Source: Mobula birostris
Lineage: Eukaryota
NCBI RefSeq assembly: GCF_030028105.1
Contig: NC_092379.1
Span: forward strand, 26,715,821-26,779,820
Direction: 5' to 3'
Length of the DNA: 64,000 nucleotides
The position numbers were made by a program, and so were the translations under genes. Position 1 is the stretch's first letter. Each line of letters opens with the position of its first letter. The notes below the pieces were generated by a model. The model searched no databases and was not told where the DNA came from. It saw only the letters and a list, made by a program, of their open reading frames with translations. Of the stretch, positions 49,072 through 63,421 are shown piece by piece.

Positions 49072-49309
49072 GCCTTGCGTTTATTGCTTTATTTTCCATT
49101 TTACGCTGATCGCATTAAAGTCTGTGAGCTATCGACCTGCTTCAGTCCCTCTCACTCCGCACTTGGGCCATATGCGAACCTGCTAACAGGGTGACCTCGA
49201 CTTTTTATCGAATCTTTCACTGCTTCAGAATACATGATCGACGTGCGTATTCGCAATAAGTGTCTTCTGGTCCACTCTATTCCTGGGCCCCTTCTTTCAT
49301 GATGGATAC
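49072..49309 (-). pseudogene. V relic e (copy 2), IgH-V-like motifs
   Basis: TTTCAG/GIHHERRGPGIEWTRRHLLRIRTSIMYSEAVKD..GLKQVDS; ATCAGCG + 23 nt + ACGCAAGGC. Confidence 0.5.
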
Positions 49310-49877
49310 CTGAAATGATAATTAAAACCGACAGCAACTAAGTGTTAAACACATTACACTCAGAAAAAAAAAACAGAAAACATTCAGCTAGCCGGTATGT
49401 AATGTTTGATGCAAGAGTGTAAATTGAAAATGTAAAATATTCATTAATATGTGAAAAAAGTGGTGCAGGGATATTATCTGAATCTCTCTCTCTCTCTCTC
49501 TCACTCTCTTTCTCTCCCCCCTCTGACTCTCCTCCTCTAAATTGGTGCGGCAGTCAATTTAGCTGTAAGAAGCACAAAAATGAATGTCGTGGAACTTTAT
49601 ACCTCTTACTGATTAACTTTCTCTCCATCTTGATTACACTCTTTCTAAACCTCTCTGTTCCTATCTATGTCAGTACCTCTGTATATTTCACTGTTTATCT
49701 CTACTCCCTTTCTTTTTCGATCACTCTCGCTATCTTTCTAGCTCCATGTTTCTGACTTCTTCTGGCCATCGATATTTCCCTAGGTACTATTGTCTATTTT
49801 TGTTGCCTTTATATGTAATTAAATGTATGTTCTCGTATTTTGTTATAGGCTGTCTCTTTCTTTCCACCCCTCTCCCG

Positions 49878-49913
<36 letters not shown>

Positions 49914-50079
49914 GTCTCACTCTCTCTCTCTCTCTCACTCACTCTCACTCTGCCCCTCCCTCCCTCTCTCACTCTCCTCTCTCATCCTGTCACTCGTCCA
50001 TTTAACGCAAACCTTTTTTTTCCATCGTTAAGTACAATTGCCGCATTGCAAAGAAAACTAAGTAGAATACCAAAAAAAC

Positions 50080-50420
50080 AGAATTCCATGGACTACAGTG
50101 GAGTCAAATTCGGGTAAAATTCCTGGAAAGATGCGATTACACATTACAACGAGAGAGGTGTTATTGGTGGTGAGGCCAATTGCAGAGCAAAGTCTTCAAT
50201 TATTTCATACTCAGACGATGTAAACATGAAAACATCACCAGAATGCTGTATCACAACCATTAGTACGACTAATGTGAGTCCAATGATTGAGAGTTCTCAT
50301 CGTGAGGCCCTTAACCACAGATATTCCATGACGTACTGAGTCAGACAATAGTTGGCTTCTGAGACAACAATGTACCCCAGTAAGAAACCGTACATTGGGG
50401 AATATGAGCGTCAACAACTG
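50080..50420 (-). pseudogene. V relic f (copy 2)
   Basis: RHGISVVK..TLN..GCDTAFW*, FTSSEYEIIEDFA (cf. KTSSGYEYKADFA), CVIASFQ (cf. CVTIAKLQ). Confidence 0.6.
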
Positions 50421-50733
50421 GATGCATGCCGCTGTTCACTAGGATCAATGACTTAAATGAAACAATTCATGTTGGCTCAGTTTTGAATGACCGAGATGGA
50501 TCAGTAGTTAATCGGGTTAAATTTAGCAGCAGATTTATTAATCCTATGCCATTTTATATTACAGTGAACATTGGGAGTTGTATAGCTTTGCTCGTTTCAT
50601 TTGCTTCTCCTGCGCACCCTTACATCTTCTTTCATTCTTTTCGATCAGCAAAGTTTAACGCGTTCGGGCGCCGCCTGGAGACTGTGCCTCTGTGTTTTTA
50701 TCCAGGTCTGCAGCTGTTAGTAACAAATATTTG

Positions 50734-51166
50734 CGCCATGGGCAAAGATACATGGCAGAATCGGAGACGAGCGCCCAGGCGATTGTTAAAGTTACATGCC
50801 GACTACGTGTGTCGAAGAGAACAGAAAATCTGTCTGAAAAATCGGGAGACCATTCCTTGCTACCACTGCTCAGTTTCCTTATTTGAAATTTCGGCGCTGT
50901 CCCAGGAAACTGTGCGGACCAATATGCAGTACCGCTCCCGTCAGCTGCGGAATAGTTGTAGTTGAGAGTTAAGGTCTGCCCTTCCTTAGCGAAAAGTTGA
51001 AGCTGTTTCTGGGATACTGGATCCTCACCGCAAGCTCCTCGAAGGAACCAGGACACAATTAGTACTCTGAGGTTAAATCAAAGCCGAGGGGCGCACATCA
51101 GCTTCGTAATTTTAGACTCACCTGGAAGGAAGATGTCAATCTCCTACGTCATCTGCTGCACATCAT
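50734..51166 (-). pseudogene. TRAV: TCR alpha/delta V pseudogene g (copy 2): open V exon but C23Y, stop in leader, dead RSS
   Basis: 304-nt exon 51037-50734 ending TLTIAWALVSDSAMYLCPWR; heptamer CAAATAT; leader ATG ACG TAG. Confidence 0.88.
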
Positions 51167-54100
51167 TCGGGTGTTTTGAGTGCACAGAAGTCCCGTTTAA
51201 TTCGCCTTACCATTGTCTTCAAGGCATGAATTTTGACGCTAAGAAAACGACCATGCCGAAGAACAATTCGTAATTTTATCTTCAGTGCTAGGACAGCGTA
51301 CAAACAGTGATGGCGATGCATCTGTTTGGTGAAGATTCACTGTCGCAGTTTATGTACCTAGGGGAATTGAAAGTTTGGTCCAATCAATGATCGGTATGCT
51401 TATTCGTAATCAGTGTATACTCTCTCACTCACAAATCCGTACCCCTGCTTCCACATTAGAGGTCTGTAATGAGCAATGAAACGTGCAACGGTTGACACAA
51501 TATACTCAGCAAACCTCAGAAAACACTCCGCAGGCCGGTACGGAATGTCTGATGCCAGATGTAAATGTGAGATGTTTATTGTATTTAACATTTGAGTTAA
51601 CCGTTTAACCGTTGCCGAGACGTTTTTTTTTTCCTCTCCGTCTCCTTCTCTCTCTCTCTCCCTCATCCCTATCACTCCTTCTCTTTCTCTTTCTCTCTCT
51701 ATTCTGTATCTCTCTTCATTTCATTCACTTACACCTTAAAAATTCCAACTAAGATCCATACTTGTTTTTTTTTTATTATTATTTTTCGTTTCTCTGTTTC
51801 CAGCACGTTTGTCACAGATGGAGACTGACCACTTTCATTTACATAGAGGAATATAAAACCTGCAGTACAATGCAAGCCTTTCGGCCCACAAAGCAGTAGC
51901 AAACGTGACCTACTCTACAAATTCTCCAGGGTTACCCATAGTCCTCTATATTTCTAAGCTCCATGTACCAATCCAGCAGCCTCTTAAAAGACCCTATTAT
52001 TTCCGCCTCAACCACCGCCGCCGGCAGCAACTCTGTCTACATCTCTCGTTTTGAACTGCAGTAGTCGTTGAATGACATTATACGGGATTCCTGTCCCATC
52101 GTTTTTTTTTACAGGAAAACGTATTTCAATTCCACCGATTGCAATATATTCAGGAAAACAGATTCGCAATATAACGTTTTTGGATTGAATTGTCTTCAGT
52201 TTTACGTCCTTCACATACATGAGGAGTAAAAATCTTTACGTGATGTCTCTGCTTAAATGTACAAAGTGCATTCATAGTCATTTATAATAATTTATAATAA
52301 ATAGAAGAGTCAAAGTAACATGGACATACACTCGTCAGCTTGAGTTAATCAGTCTGTTGGACTGCTGGAAGGAGCTGTCCCAGAGCCTATTCGTCCGGGA
52401 TGTTATGCTGCGTTACCACTCTCCGGATGGCAGCAGCTGGAATAGATAGTTTTTGTGGTGAGAACGGTCCCCGAACATCCTTCGGACCCCTTATCACAGC
52501 GGTCGTTGCAATGCCCGAATCTTGTTTAAATTCAGCACCGGGCCAATTCTGCTACACACGTCCTCATCAGCACTGGGTGCACAGACAATGCCCCCAAACA
52601 GTTCTCACCCGCTTCTTCCAGGCAGAATAGAAACACTACCCGTCTCAACAGTGTCCGGACACATCAGCATTAACGATTCACGACCCTCTGACACCCAGAC
52701 ATTCGCCTCCAAGAACTCCAGTTTCACTGAACAATTATCTTCTGGATAATCACCGGCACTGGTACCCCACATCTCCAGTGCCCTTAATATTGTCAAGGGT
52801 AAATGCTTCAGAAACCGACTGTAAGACGAACTGTACAGCAACTTGACCTGCGCCTCAAAGCCTTCAGGAATAGCCTTTTTTTTTTTTTTTTTTCCTTTCG
52901 AGATTTCCTTGGTACATTGCTAGGAACGTGCTCCCCCAGAAACTACAAGCCGTTCCCCCACTGGGCCTCTAGTAAGTTTCCCGACTCCTCTCTGATCAGC
53001 TGAAAAACTGAGGAAAGGGCTGATCTCCTTAACTGATCGCCCGGCACTGCAATCAATTTATCTGCCCCCACCCCCCAGCCAGAGAAGACACCCTGAAAAC
53101 TTTCCACCAATTTACTGACACAGGTGTGGAAAGCCCGCCAGGTGCTGCATTTTACTTTCAGTCGAACCAAACGCATTTCCACACACTTTCAGATAACTGA
53201 CAGCTGTCACTACGGTGTAATGGGAACTAACAGTTCTGACATCGTCAACCGCCCGCCTATCCTTACTTCCAAATAAATCCCTGTCGTTTCCCTCATCCAA
53301 GCATTGCCTCTCATCTGACCACTGCGAGGTTCATTCCACCCACGCCCCCGCACCTTTAAGGGTAGACATTATCTCAAAAAACAGGCGGAGGTTGCCATAG
53401 CTGGAACATTTATTCGCAGACATTACCTCCGAATGAGACCGTTCCCAGTCTTTGCTCTCTCTGCTAACGGTCTGGACAGCCCATGGCCCCGCCTCACTTG
53501 GGGCATCAATAGACACTGGCAGTTCCGGCACCATCTTGTAAACGCTAGTCTGAGCTCGAAAAAAGACCTTTGGGGTACCAACAGCCATCCCACAATTAAT
53601 TTGATTTTCCAGATGACATCCATGGGAATTATGCCATTTGAAATACCATGTTGATCAGCAACATTCTACTTTGCTTTATCCCTCACCCGTCATTATAAAG
53701 GACCCGTTACACTTTCAATAAAATGTGTTGAAATGCTTTCTATTTTTGTCGTTTCTTGACACTACATTGTATTAAAGAATGGAATCAGTATTTATGCCTC
53801 AACGGCGCGGTAGACCATTGTCACTGTTATAAACACGTGAAATATGTTGTAGAACTGTGGTATTCCCGGTATCCTTTTAATATAATGTATCATTAAACCT
53901 CTCGTTCTCCTACCGAGTTTGATGATTGTACGAGTATTAAGAGTATCAGTGTTGATTACGATATTATCTAGCACGTTCGTTTGTCATAATGGGGTAGCGA
54001 AGACTCAATGGAAAGTTCAGAAGTCGAATGTACGACAACACAATGACACCATATTGACACAATTAGACATCAAATAACTGTGTACATTACTTATTTCAAA

Positions 54101-55922
54101 TATCTATGACTGGATTACAAAACAAAAACTAACGATTTTATGAGATAATTATATGCAACTTTACAGCCACGCTGAGTTTTTGAGTTAACTACTAATTTTA
54201 AAAATCTGCTGACATTTGCGATCCAGTTGTGGCAGGTAGAAAGCACCGTTGCTAGGATCTGACTTGTCTCTGCAAACATGGATTCACAACGCTGTTGTCT
54301 CGTTTGGCAGATTTCAATGAAATATGACGATTGGGTCTATTTGCCTGCAACGATTGGGTGTGTAGACTAAATACCCGAAAGTATATCAATGCAACGCCAC
54401 AGTCTAAATGTCGTGGAAAATACATTTGCAATGCTTGCACATCCTTGGCTGAAACTGAAGAGGCTGTAGTGTTAAGTTGTGAGGCAGCAAGTTGAAGAGG
54501 AACTGCACCATAAAAGTTGTTTTCTTTTTTTTTTTTTTTTTTTGCAAAGAACGTGGTTGAAATCTGCTACTCGCAGTCACAGCAGTTTTTTTTTTCGGAT
54601 TATGAGAACACGCAGTCCTCTTTTATTGTCATTTACAAATGCATATATGCATTAAGGAATGATACAATGCTTCACTGGAGTGATATCACAGAAAACAGGA
54701 CAAAACAAAGACCAACACTGACAGAACCACATAATTATAACATATACTTACAGCAATGCAAAACAATGCCATAATATGACGAAGAACAAACCATGGGCAC
54801 GGTAAGGAAAGTCTCAAAACACCCCAAGTCGATCGACTCCCGAGTCCCCGATAGCAGGCCGCAAAAGGCAGAAAATCCCTGCCATAAGCCCCCACGCTTC
54901 GTCAACTTGCCGATGTCTTGGAAGCAGCCGAGCACAGCCGACGCTGAGTCCATCCGTCCGAAAACTTCGAGCTACTAACCAGCCTCTCCGATGCAGCCTC
55001 CCGAGCGTCATCCTCTGCCGAGCGCCTTCGACCTCGCCCCGGCTGCTAAAACACGCAAAGCCGAGGATTTCGGGGCCTTCTGCGCCAGAGATTCCTATTA
55101 CCACACAGTAGCAGCGGCAGCGAAGCGGGCATTTCAGAAGTCTTCCAGGTGTTCCTCCGCATTCTCCCCACCCTCTACATCAAATCAGAATTGTGCACCG
55201 TCCCCTCCTTGATAGATAACAGACATCACCACCGAAGTGGCCACGTGTGCTTAGTAGTTTGATTTGGAAAAGAAAAGTGGGCTAAAACGGTACATAGGAG
55301 ATAGAGTTGGGATAGAATGATATAAACAGGCAAGGCCAGTCATGGTGGACTGAAGTTCACGTCTCTTTGCGGTCGATTGCTTGGACTCTGAGACTCTTGT
55401 AATATTTTTGCCAAGTTCATTAGTATACAAATGAAACACTCAAACAATCTGAAGCTGAGACGGAAAGACATAGAACCTCCACTGTGTTGTTTGTCTCCTC
55501 AACATAGTCTGCAATGGCTACTTTCCTTTCAGCGATGGCACCAACCTCCTGGCTTTGAACCTTATAAAAAGAAAAAAAAAATCAAATCCATTATTTCTAA
55601 CGGTATCATGTGAAATAATTTTAGATACTACCATTTTGCCTTTAAGTTTTACTTGCAGCTGAATCTTTTTGAACTCAGAAAGTAGGTTATATCCGGTCTC
55701 GCCTAGTCTACCAACTTTATGTTGATTGGCTGTGTTGAGGAACAAAGAAGTAATACAGGATTGTCCATGTGTTAATTGGGGGAGTTGGAGAAGCAAAAAA
55801 ACGTGATACAACGCGGATCAGTCAAATGGCTTCTTAAGAAATAAGAACGCACTCTTTAGGGGCACTAATATAACTTACTTGAAAATAAAAAGTTACAGTT
55901 CAAATCCACAGCGAACACAGAC

Positions 55923-56763
55923 ATGTTTGCCCTATATTTGCTTATTATTGCAGCAGCTCTTCTGATCGGTAGTTTTCTTTCAAACATTTTCGACATCAGT
56001 AAGTTTCCCTGACAGTGCAGAACAAAATAATTTATCAGAATGCCAGTAATGCAATATTGAACATGACAGAAAAGGATCTAAGGGTACGAAAGTAATATGG
56101 ATTCAAATCTCCTGCAAGTGGCAATAGGATGATTGATTCGGTATTTCCAGGCAAGCAATAGTCGAATGGATTCAGGCCTTGGCGGGAAATCGTTGTCTTT
56201 GCTTTCCTCCAGAGATGGAACGGGGACGAGGACTCACTAATAAGGGCAATTAGACTTTTTTTCTCAAAAAGTTAATTTCATTCAACCTTTTCTGCCACCC
56301 TTGCTAATTTATACAGGCGTAATACTTCTACCTCAACTTGTAACCTGCACCCCTCGTCTCCAAACATTACAAAGGAACCAGGATATGCTTCGTCCGTATG
56401 TTAGTAGAACATTGATATTATTTGACTAAAATTTGGAAATTATTTTTGTTCTACAACAGGATATTGACGAGGCGATGCCATTTATCAGTCACCTGCTGTC
56501 ACTACAGTCACGGAAGGGAAAGTTGCAGTGTAAAATTGTAATTATACAACGACAAGCACTGACCCCAATTTATTCTGGTACCGGCAGTATCCCGGAGGTT
56601 CCCTCGAGTTTCTGTTGCTACTTACGAAATATAACAGCCACCGAGAGAATGTTCTCCGACAACGCTTCACGGCGCAGTTTAATGTTTCAAGTAGAACGGT
56701 CCCACTGACAGTATCCGAAACACATCTGGAAGGCACTGCAATATATTACTGTGCTCTGAGACC
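55923..56763 (+). pseudogene. TRAV: TCR alpha/delta V pseudogene, duplicate of the 41.5-kb gene
   Basis: Leader 55923-55968 (donor GTAGTT); exon 56460-56763 with TGA 56465 and TAA 56531. Confidence 0.93.
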
Positions 56764-56802
56764 CGCAGGAGTACAGAAGTACTCTGAACCAGTACAATAA
56801 CT
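56764..56802 (+). other. Defective 23-RSS
   Basis: CGCAGGA + 23 nt + ACAATAACT; invariant CAC lost. Confidence 0.85.
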
Positions 56803-59800
56803 GCTTGCATTCTCTAGTGGCAGCTGAGTGTAACCGCCGCTCTCTGCGCGCCGGGAGGACCTTGGTCGACCTGATATGCACTCAAATAGAAATACATTTC
56901 ATGATATTATAATCCAGCTGATTGAATCGCCTTCAGTACGTTACTGCTCAATGTGTTCAAAATCGTATCCATAGTCTTTCCTACGACAGAAGAAACAACA
57001 ACCTCCCATTGTTATTTTCCTCACAATATTTTGCAGAAGAGCTAATTTCCCTTCCATTGCTGTGGACGCGGTTTTTTTTTTCCCAGTATCTTACTGACAT
57101 CTCACGGTTTCCGAAATTTATTATTAATTGCAGTTTTTAACATGACAGTTAATTTATTTGTTTTTACTTCTGAATATTCTTTCAGCGCTATATCACCGCG
57201 CCCTCCTATAGAGTACTAGGTATCTGCAATCTAATATTGCCGGAATGTTACACCACGATCCCCAATAGCGGGGAGGTGAAATTGTTGCTTGCTGCCGCTT
57301 ACGAGACAGAGGGAGCGTAGCTGGAGGAGACTCTGGGGTTCTAAATTTTAACTTTCATTCATTCTTGGAGGACCCTCCTTTGTTTGTTTTCGTGGTTGTT
57401 TGCGAAAAAAAAAAGCATTTCAGGATGTACATTGCTCACATTTCTCTGACATTAACCATACCTTTGAAACTTTTTGAAATAACAAATCTACGGGCGCACT
57501 GGTACAGGACGAGATTGACTTTTAATTTGCAACTCATCCTTGATAGTACTACTGAACCAATCGAGGAGGACGTGGTTTACAGAGCGAGTGTTAGTTCGGC
57601 TGTGCTCGCAATTGCACTGCTGACATCTCACTTTTCAGGAAATAACTTTGACATCACTCATAACACAATTCAAAAACAGTCTGACTGAGGAGTAACAGAA
57701 ACATCGGTGACAATTTTGCGGGGAATGGTAACATGGACGCAGAAAGTCTCTTCTTAATATATTACAGTTTAATGGGAAGGCCCGTCGTAGTGTCATTCGT
57801 GTGAGAGTCGAAATATCGTGCTAACCATACTGTAATATTCTATGGTGCGTGCTGCAATTCTATAATACATGTGATGTAAATGAACTGTTGTTTTCGGATT
57901 ATAGGATATGTTACAATATGGACCTTGACTACTGCGATTTCGAAAGTGTGCTCTCCTGCTTTAACAGAGATACATTTCAGTGAAATTATATTCGACAATA
58001 TCACCTCGAAATTATTATCGGGTTAGTAAAGCTATTTTCCCTCGTGTATTGCCCGATGTCTAAATCAATGAGCCCTGCCGCCCTGTGCACTGCATTTGAA
58101 AATTGTTAACTTACCTAAAGGTGTTAAACCCTGCGCTTTATGTTTAAGAGCGTCCATTGATTTTGACTAGCACGGATTTTCCACTTTCTGTGTGTATTTA
58201 AAGCGAATTCCAATGAGTCATGGCTCGAAGCTCCCTTTGTTTCCAGAATGATTCAACTCCCAATGTTGCTCGGTCTAACCACTGACACTCTGTCGGAATT
58301 TCCTTCAAATGAACTCGTGCCCCAGTGTCTAAGTGTAATATTGTCGGTTTCCCGCAATAGCGAAAATCATTTCTCTGCGCATACTGTCGCTGTATAAATG
58401 TGTTAAGAATAAATCAATTTTGTTGGTGGAAGGGGATTATTAATTAAAACCATTTTCCCTGGTGGAACGTTTACTACGTTGACTGTTGTAATCTCATTTG
58501 TGAATAGGGGTTATTGTTTTTTTTGCCCCCTTCATGCCTCAACCATTGTCATCAGTTTCACAAAGGCAAGCTGTAGATAAATTCTTGTGTCGCTCAAGTA
58601 GGCATGACGATATTGCAATATGAAACAGATAGGGAGGAATGTTATAGAGGTTAGTCTAGTTTAAGCATGTGATTGAGTTCGGAGAACAATGATTGCACAT
58701 GGCTGAACAATTACGTTTTAATTAATAAATAATTAATAAACTCGATATATAAGTCAGCTCTTTTAATTCATTATAGATGGTGTAATTTCAATCGAATATG
58801 ATCAATGTGAGCAGCGTTGATGTTACAGTAACCGTGTCTGTACGAGGACTGAAATAAGTTGTTTAATTTAATTGAAGCCCGTAAAATGTAATCTCAGTCC
58901 TTGGAGCTCTGTGCAATGTGGAGATTAGTGCGTTCTGAGAGGTGTCTCAGAGAGGCAGCTTCATTGTTAAGGAGCTCCAGCACCCACCGGATGCACTTTT
59001 AACATTGTTACCATCAGGTTGTAGTTCCAGAGGCTGCAGGGCACACACTCAGCGACTTAAAACAGCTTCCTCTCTTCTGCCATCCGATTCCTAAATGGAC
59101 ATTGAAGCTTTGGACACTGACCTCACTTTTTAAATATGAAGTATTTCTCATTTTGCATAATTGATTTATTTGTTTATTGATTATGGTGTTTTTTTTTCTC
59201 CGTTAGATCATGTATTGCATTAAACTGTGGTTACTCCGTTAACAAATTTCACGTCACATGCTGCTGATAATAAACCTTTTTTTTCTGATTCTTAAATCTT
59301 AACAAAAACGTGTACTATAAAACACGTTATAGATAATGGAATAAAAGGGAAAGATGCGGACGATAATACAAATGTAGAAAACATAATGTGATTACTATTT
59401 CAAGCGAAGAACATTCCAAAAATATTGGATAACATTGTTCAATAATGACTAGTATTATATATCTGCCGAATGGAATAACGGCAGACGTATTCGGAAGAGC
59501 AACTGCGCCCAGTTGAAGTCTCGTCATTTTCAAGTGCGACAGAAACGGTGATAAAGAACACTGCATCGAATAAATATAGACTGAGCTATTGCCCGTAGAT
59601 ACACGGAGGACAAAGAAAGTCTGTATTATTTCACTCAGATATGAGAGGTCGTCAAACCTCGTTGGAGTCAGATAATGGCGAAAGACGGAAGTGCTTTCTG
59701 AGATTCTTGGTTTTCTGCAGTCCCCAATGTTCTCCTTGCTTTTCTATGTGTCTCTATGTCTCATACTACAGAAACTCTTACAAGTCATTTAATCATTGAT

Positions 59801-61298
59801 TATATTGATTATATTACGATTGGCCCTCCGAATACAATTACTGAAATGTTATTACACACGATCAAACTACTTAATTGTATATCGTTCTATTTTTACTACA
59901 TTAGAAAACAATTCTACGCATTCAGGAATGTTCTAAAGATTAAATATACACTACTGTGAACCAAACAAATCTTCCAGTTCATCAGAGTATAGGTTCAAAG
60001 GTTATTGCACATATCCACTTTACAGAAAACTGTTTACTTCGCCAATAACTCATTTGATTTTGTTTCTCGATCGATCAATACTTCGCTGTTTCTCTGCTCC
60101 ATGATACAACCAGTTAACCAGGTGAAAGCAGATCCGATAAGACCGGACATAAGTTACTTGCTCTGAGTTGACGATGACGCTGCATATCACGGACAGAAAG
60201 AAAGATAGCAGGGAGATAATTGACCTTAGGGAATACTGTAGGAAAAGATTGAGCTCATATTTATTTCACTGAATATCAATATATAATAAGCGGATACACC
60301 CGCTCGGACTGAGAGGAGGAAAATATTTCACAGAGAACGTCCCACATGTCGAATTTAATGACCGTTGGTTTTCAGTTTACTGAACATATTCAATCATAAG
60401 ATTATAAAAAAGTCATTAGTATCATATGGGTAAAGATTATTTTTGCGAAATCAGGACATGCTGCCTACCACGAACAGCCTCACCACTGTTATATTGTCCT
60501 GCTCAATTTCATCGTTACACATTGTAAAAACCCATCTTTCTTTTACTATTTATGCACTTGAAGCAATTGTATTTATTTATATAGCCCCCCTCTGCAAGCA
60601 TGTCAGAGATACCAGCCGCAATCTGAAAAAATAAAAAGCAGGGTTATATTTAACTTTTGCTTGAGTTATCCCTCCAGTCAGCTTAAACCTACCCCCAAAT
60701 GTGTATAAGTCAAGAAAGGGGAAACAGCGGATAACATACGTTATTTATTTCACTGATACTTTGATATACGTTTTACCATTTACTCCGGAGTTCCTGCGGT
60801 TTTGAAATAGAAAGAGTGTTCATATCGATTCTGTCCTGGCAGCTAAATTCTCCTGATCTGGACAATATCCCGGGCAATCCAATTATTGGTTGAATAAAAG
60901 AAAAAAAAAATGACGAAGGAGACACCGTTCGCTACGTCATCTGATACACGTCATTCGGAGGTGAATTTGGCTTTCAATTTACCAAAACTATCAGAAGATG
61001 AAAACTCCATAGATTGTCAGCCTCTATTTTAGTGATTAATATGGACTGATGCTGAAAGACAGATTCTCTCGTCTGCATCGAGAAACATAATTTGAAAGCT
61101 AAATGTTAGCACTGGGAATTTGTCATGTGGGGTTTGAACTCTATGACATTTCAGATTATAAGGAACTTTGTATTAGTTTCGTGCATTGAAAACATATTTT
61201 TAATTCGCTACCCCTGTGTACGCCAACATTTTTTATCCCCGATCAGCTCCGTTCAACGCGTCAGTCTGCGCTCTGGAGACAACAGGTTTGATCCTCTG

Positions 61299-61570
61299 CG
61301 TTTCAGCCCTGTTATGTAGCTGTTCTGAGCCAATGTGGGCGTCCTGGCACAAAGATACATAGTGAAATCTGAAACGAGAGACCCGGTGATGTTGAAAGTA
61401 AAATGCCGACAATTTCTGCTGAATCGACAGGAAAACCTGTCTGGCAAATTGGGGGATCGTTACTGGACATTAGTGCTGAGCCTAGGAGGGAATGTGGAGC
61501 TTAGGAGGGATAATGCCTGCTGGGGACGACTCCTTCGCTTCCATCTTCGGAATCCGCTTTTTTTCAACGT
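61299..61570 (-). pseudogene. V relic a (copy 3)
   Basis: PDRFSCRFSRNCRHFTFNITGSLVSDFTMYLCART + CACATTG (61337-61331). Confidence 0.7.
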
Positions 61571-62229
61571 TTAATATCTTTATTTTTTACCATTCAGGAC
61601 TCTTCTGAAAACCCTGTCCCGGAGTTTCACGTAGGCTTCGATTTTATTTTTCTTTTGTTTTGCGAGAATGGGACCGGTACTCGGGGTTGTATGACTGGCC
61701 GTTTTTGCCTAAGATTCTCGATTGTGTTTGGAAGCTTAAGATCTCGGAGCTCTGCAGAAGCGGGGATAGATGGTCGGTTTCACGGCAGGAGAGACGTGTG
61801 TTGTCGGGGAGGCCAGAAAATATTTTGCCGTGAGCACCAAGACCCAAGGTATTTGAAATCGTCAGACACAGAGCTCGACAAAAAGGAATTTTAACGCCGT
61901 AAACCAGAGGGATGTTGTGATGTCCACCGCTCGTCATGAGAATGCAGAACACCTCCCTCTCCCTTGCCAGAGAGAGAGAGAACTTGTAGATTTTCGAAAG
62001 TCGGATGAAATGCGAAGCCTCTGGATAAGTTTGGACTGTGTCCTTGCTATCGCGAAGGTGACGCTTGTGCTCGGGAGCGGGTGCACTTTATGTTTGGCCA
62101 GTGGAGGAAGGAGCGAATTTAGTTCACTGCCGCCTACGTGCCGGAGAGTGGGGCTGGGTGGGGGGGGGGGGGGAGGTTCACAGGTTTAACAGTCGTTCAT
62201 TATTTAAGGCACTACTCTGTTTCCGTGGG

Positions 62230-62596
62230 TGTTTGCGAAGCAAAAGCATTTCAGAATATATATTGTAGACATTTCTGTGATATTAAAATGGACCTTTAAA
62301 ACTTTGAACCGTTGTTTTCTTCTTGAAATTTCAGCCCTGTCCCGCGTAACTGCGTGTACCAAAGAACAGTAACACTGTCTTAAGCTGCGGAAAAGGTTCA
62401 GGTGATGGTTACCGTTGGCCCTTCCTGTGTCGACAGTTCAGGCGGTTTCTGGGATACTATTTTCTCGCCACAAGCTCCTGCAAGAAATCACAGCACAGTA
62501 GAATTCAAAGCCGACGTCTGCACACCAGAATTTTTAAAGTGTAGACCTACCTGGAAGAACGAAAATTACGAACATTGTCGGATGTGCGATCTTATC
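62230..62596 (-). pseudogene. V relic c (copy 3)
   Basis: Leader 62596-62551 with GTAGGT donor; exon from 62477; TGA at Cys23. Confidence 0.72.
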
Positions 62597-63421
62597 TTGA
62601 AGGGAGATAACTTAACGTGTTCATGTCCATCTATGAGAGCACACAGATGAAATATGATTGTTTTATTTTGCAGATAAATAGAGTTCTCCTAGTTCAGGAT
62701 TGGCCTGTCACAAAAAATATGACTGGTTTGGCACAAAGCATCTTCTCCCATGACATTTGATGCACGTCTTTCGGAGCTGCATTACAATTTTAAACGTACC
62801 GCAAAATATCGGAACAAGTCAGCAAGTAGCTGGAGTGTTAGTACAGCTCATTGAAATGTCCACTTTAACTGTGGTGATTAACATGGGCAGTTGCTGCATG
62901 ACGGATTTTCCCTCTCTCTAATTTGGCGAAAAGTACATATAATACGAGAGTGAAAATGTATTACTCTGTGCTTCTTATGTGGGAATCATTTACTTGTCCG
63001 TCGAAAGCTGCTGGAAAATAATCTTCCGAGTTAGCGGAGCACACGCGCTCTCTGACCGATGTATCAAGTTTACTGAGGGGTTAATGTTGTCGTTTGAGTA
63101 ACCTGAGTGTTTCTCAACTACGTATTCGGCAGCACAGTTGATACGGCAATTGTACTTGTGAATATGTACGTTTCAGCTAATTATTATTATTAAACGCGAT
63201 AATATTTAACTCTACAAATGTCGTCGTAGTCCTCGTAGAGACTTGGACAGAGCACAACAACGCTTCGCTACGTGTTTCTATTCGGCATTCCCTGAGAAAA
63301 TGGACGGTCAAATCAACTGACTCAGAAGACTAGCGGTATTCGTTTAATGTTGAGATGTTCCTTTCAGCCGCAGTGTAGACTTCGTTTTCCATTTTAGAAT
63401 TTTCGTTAACGGTTCTGTTTG

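Larger units (their letters stand above)
39233..53593 (+). repeat. ~14.4-kb tandem duplication unit, copy 1 (B1+A2)
   Basis: Offsets of 14393 (42067 vs 56460) and 14373 (46958 vs 61331) to the next copy. Confidence 0.95.
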
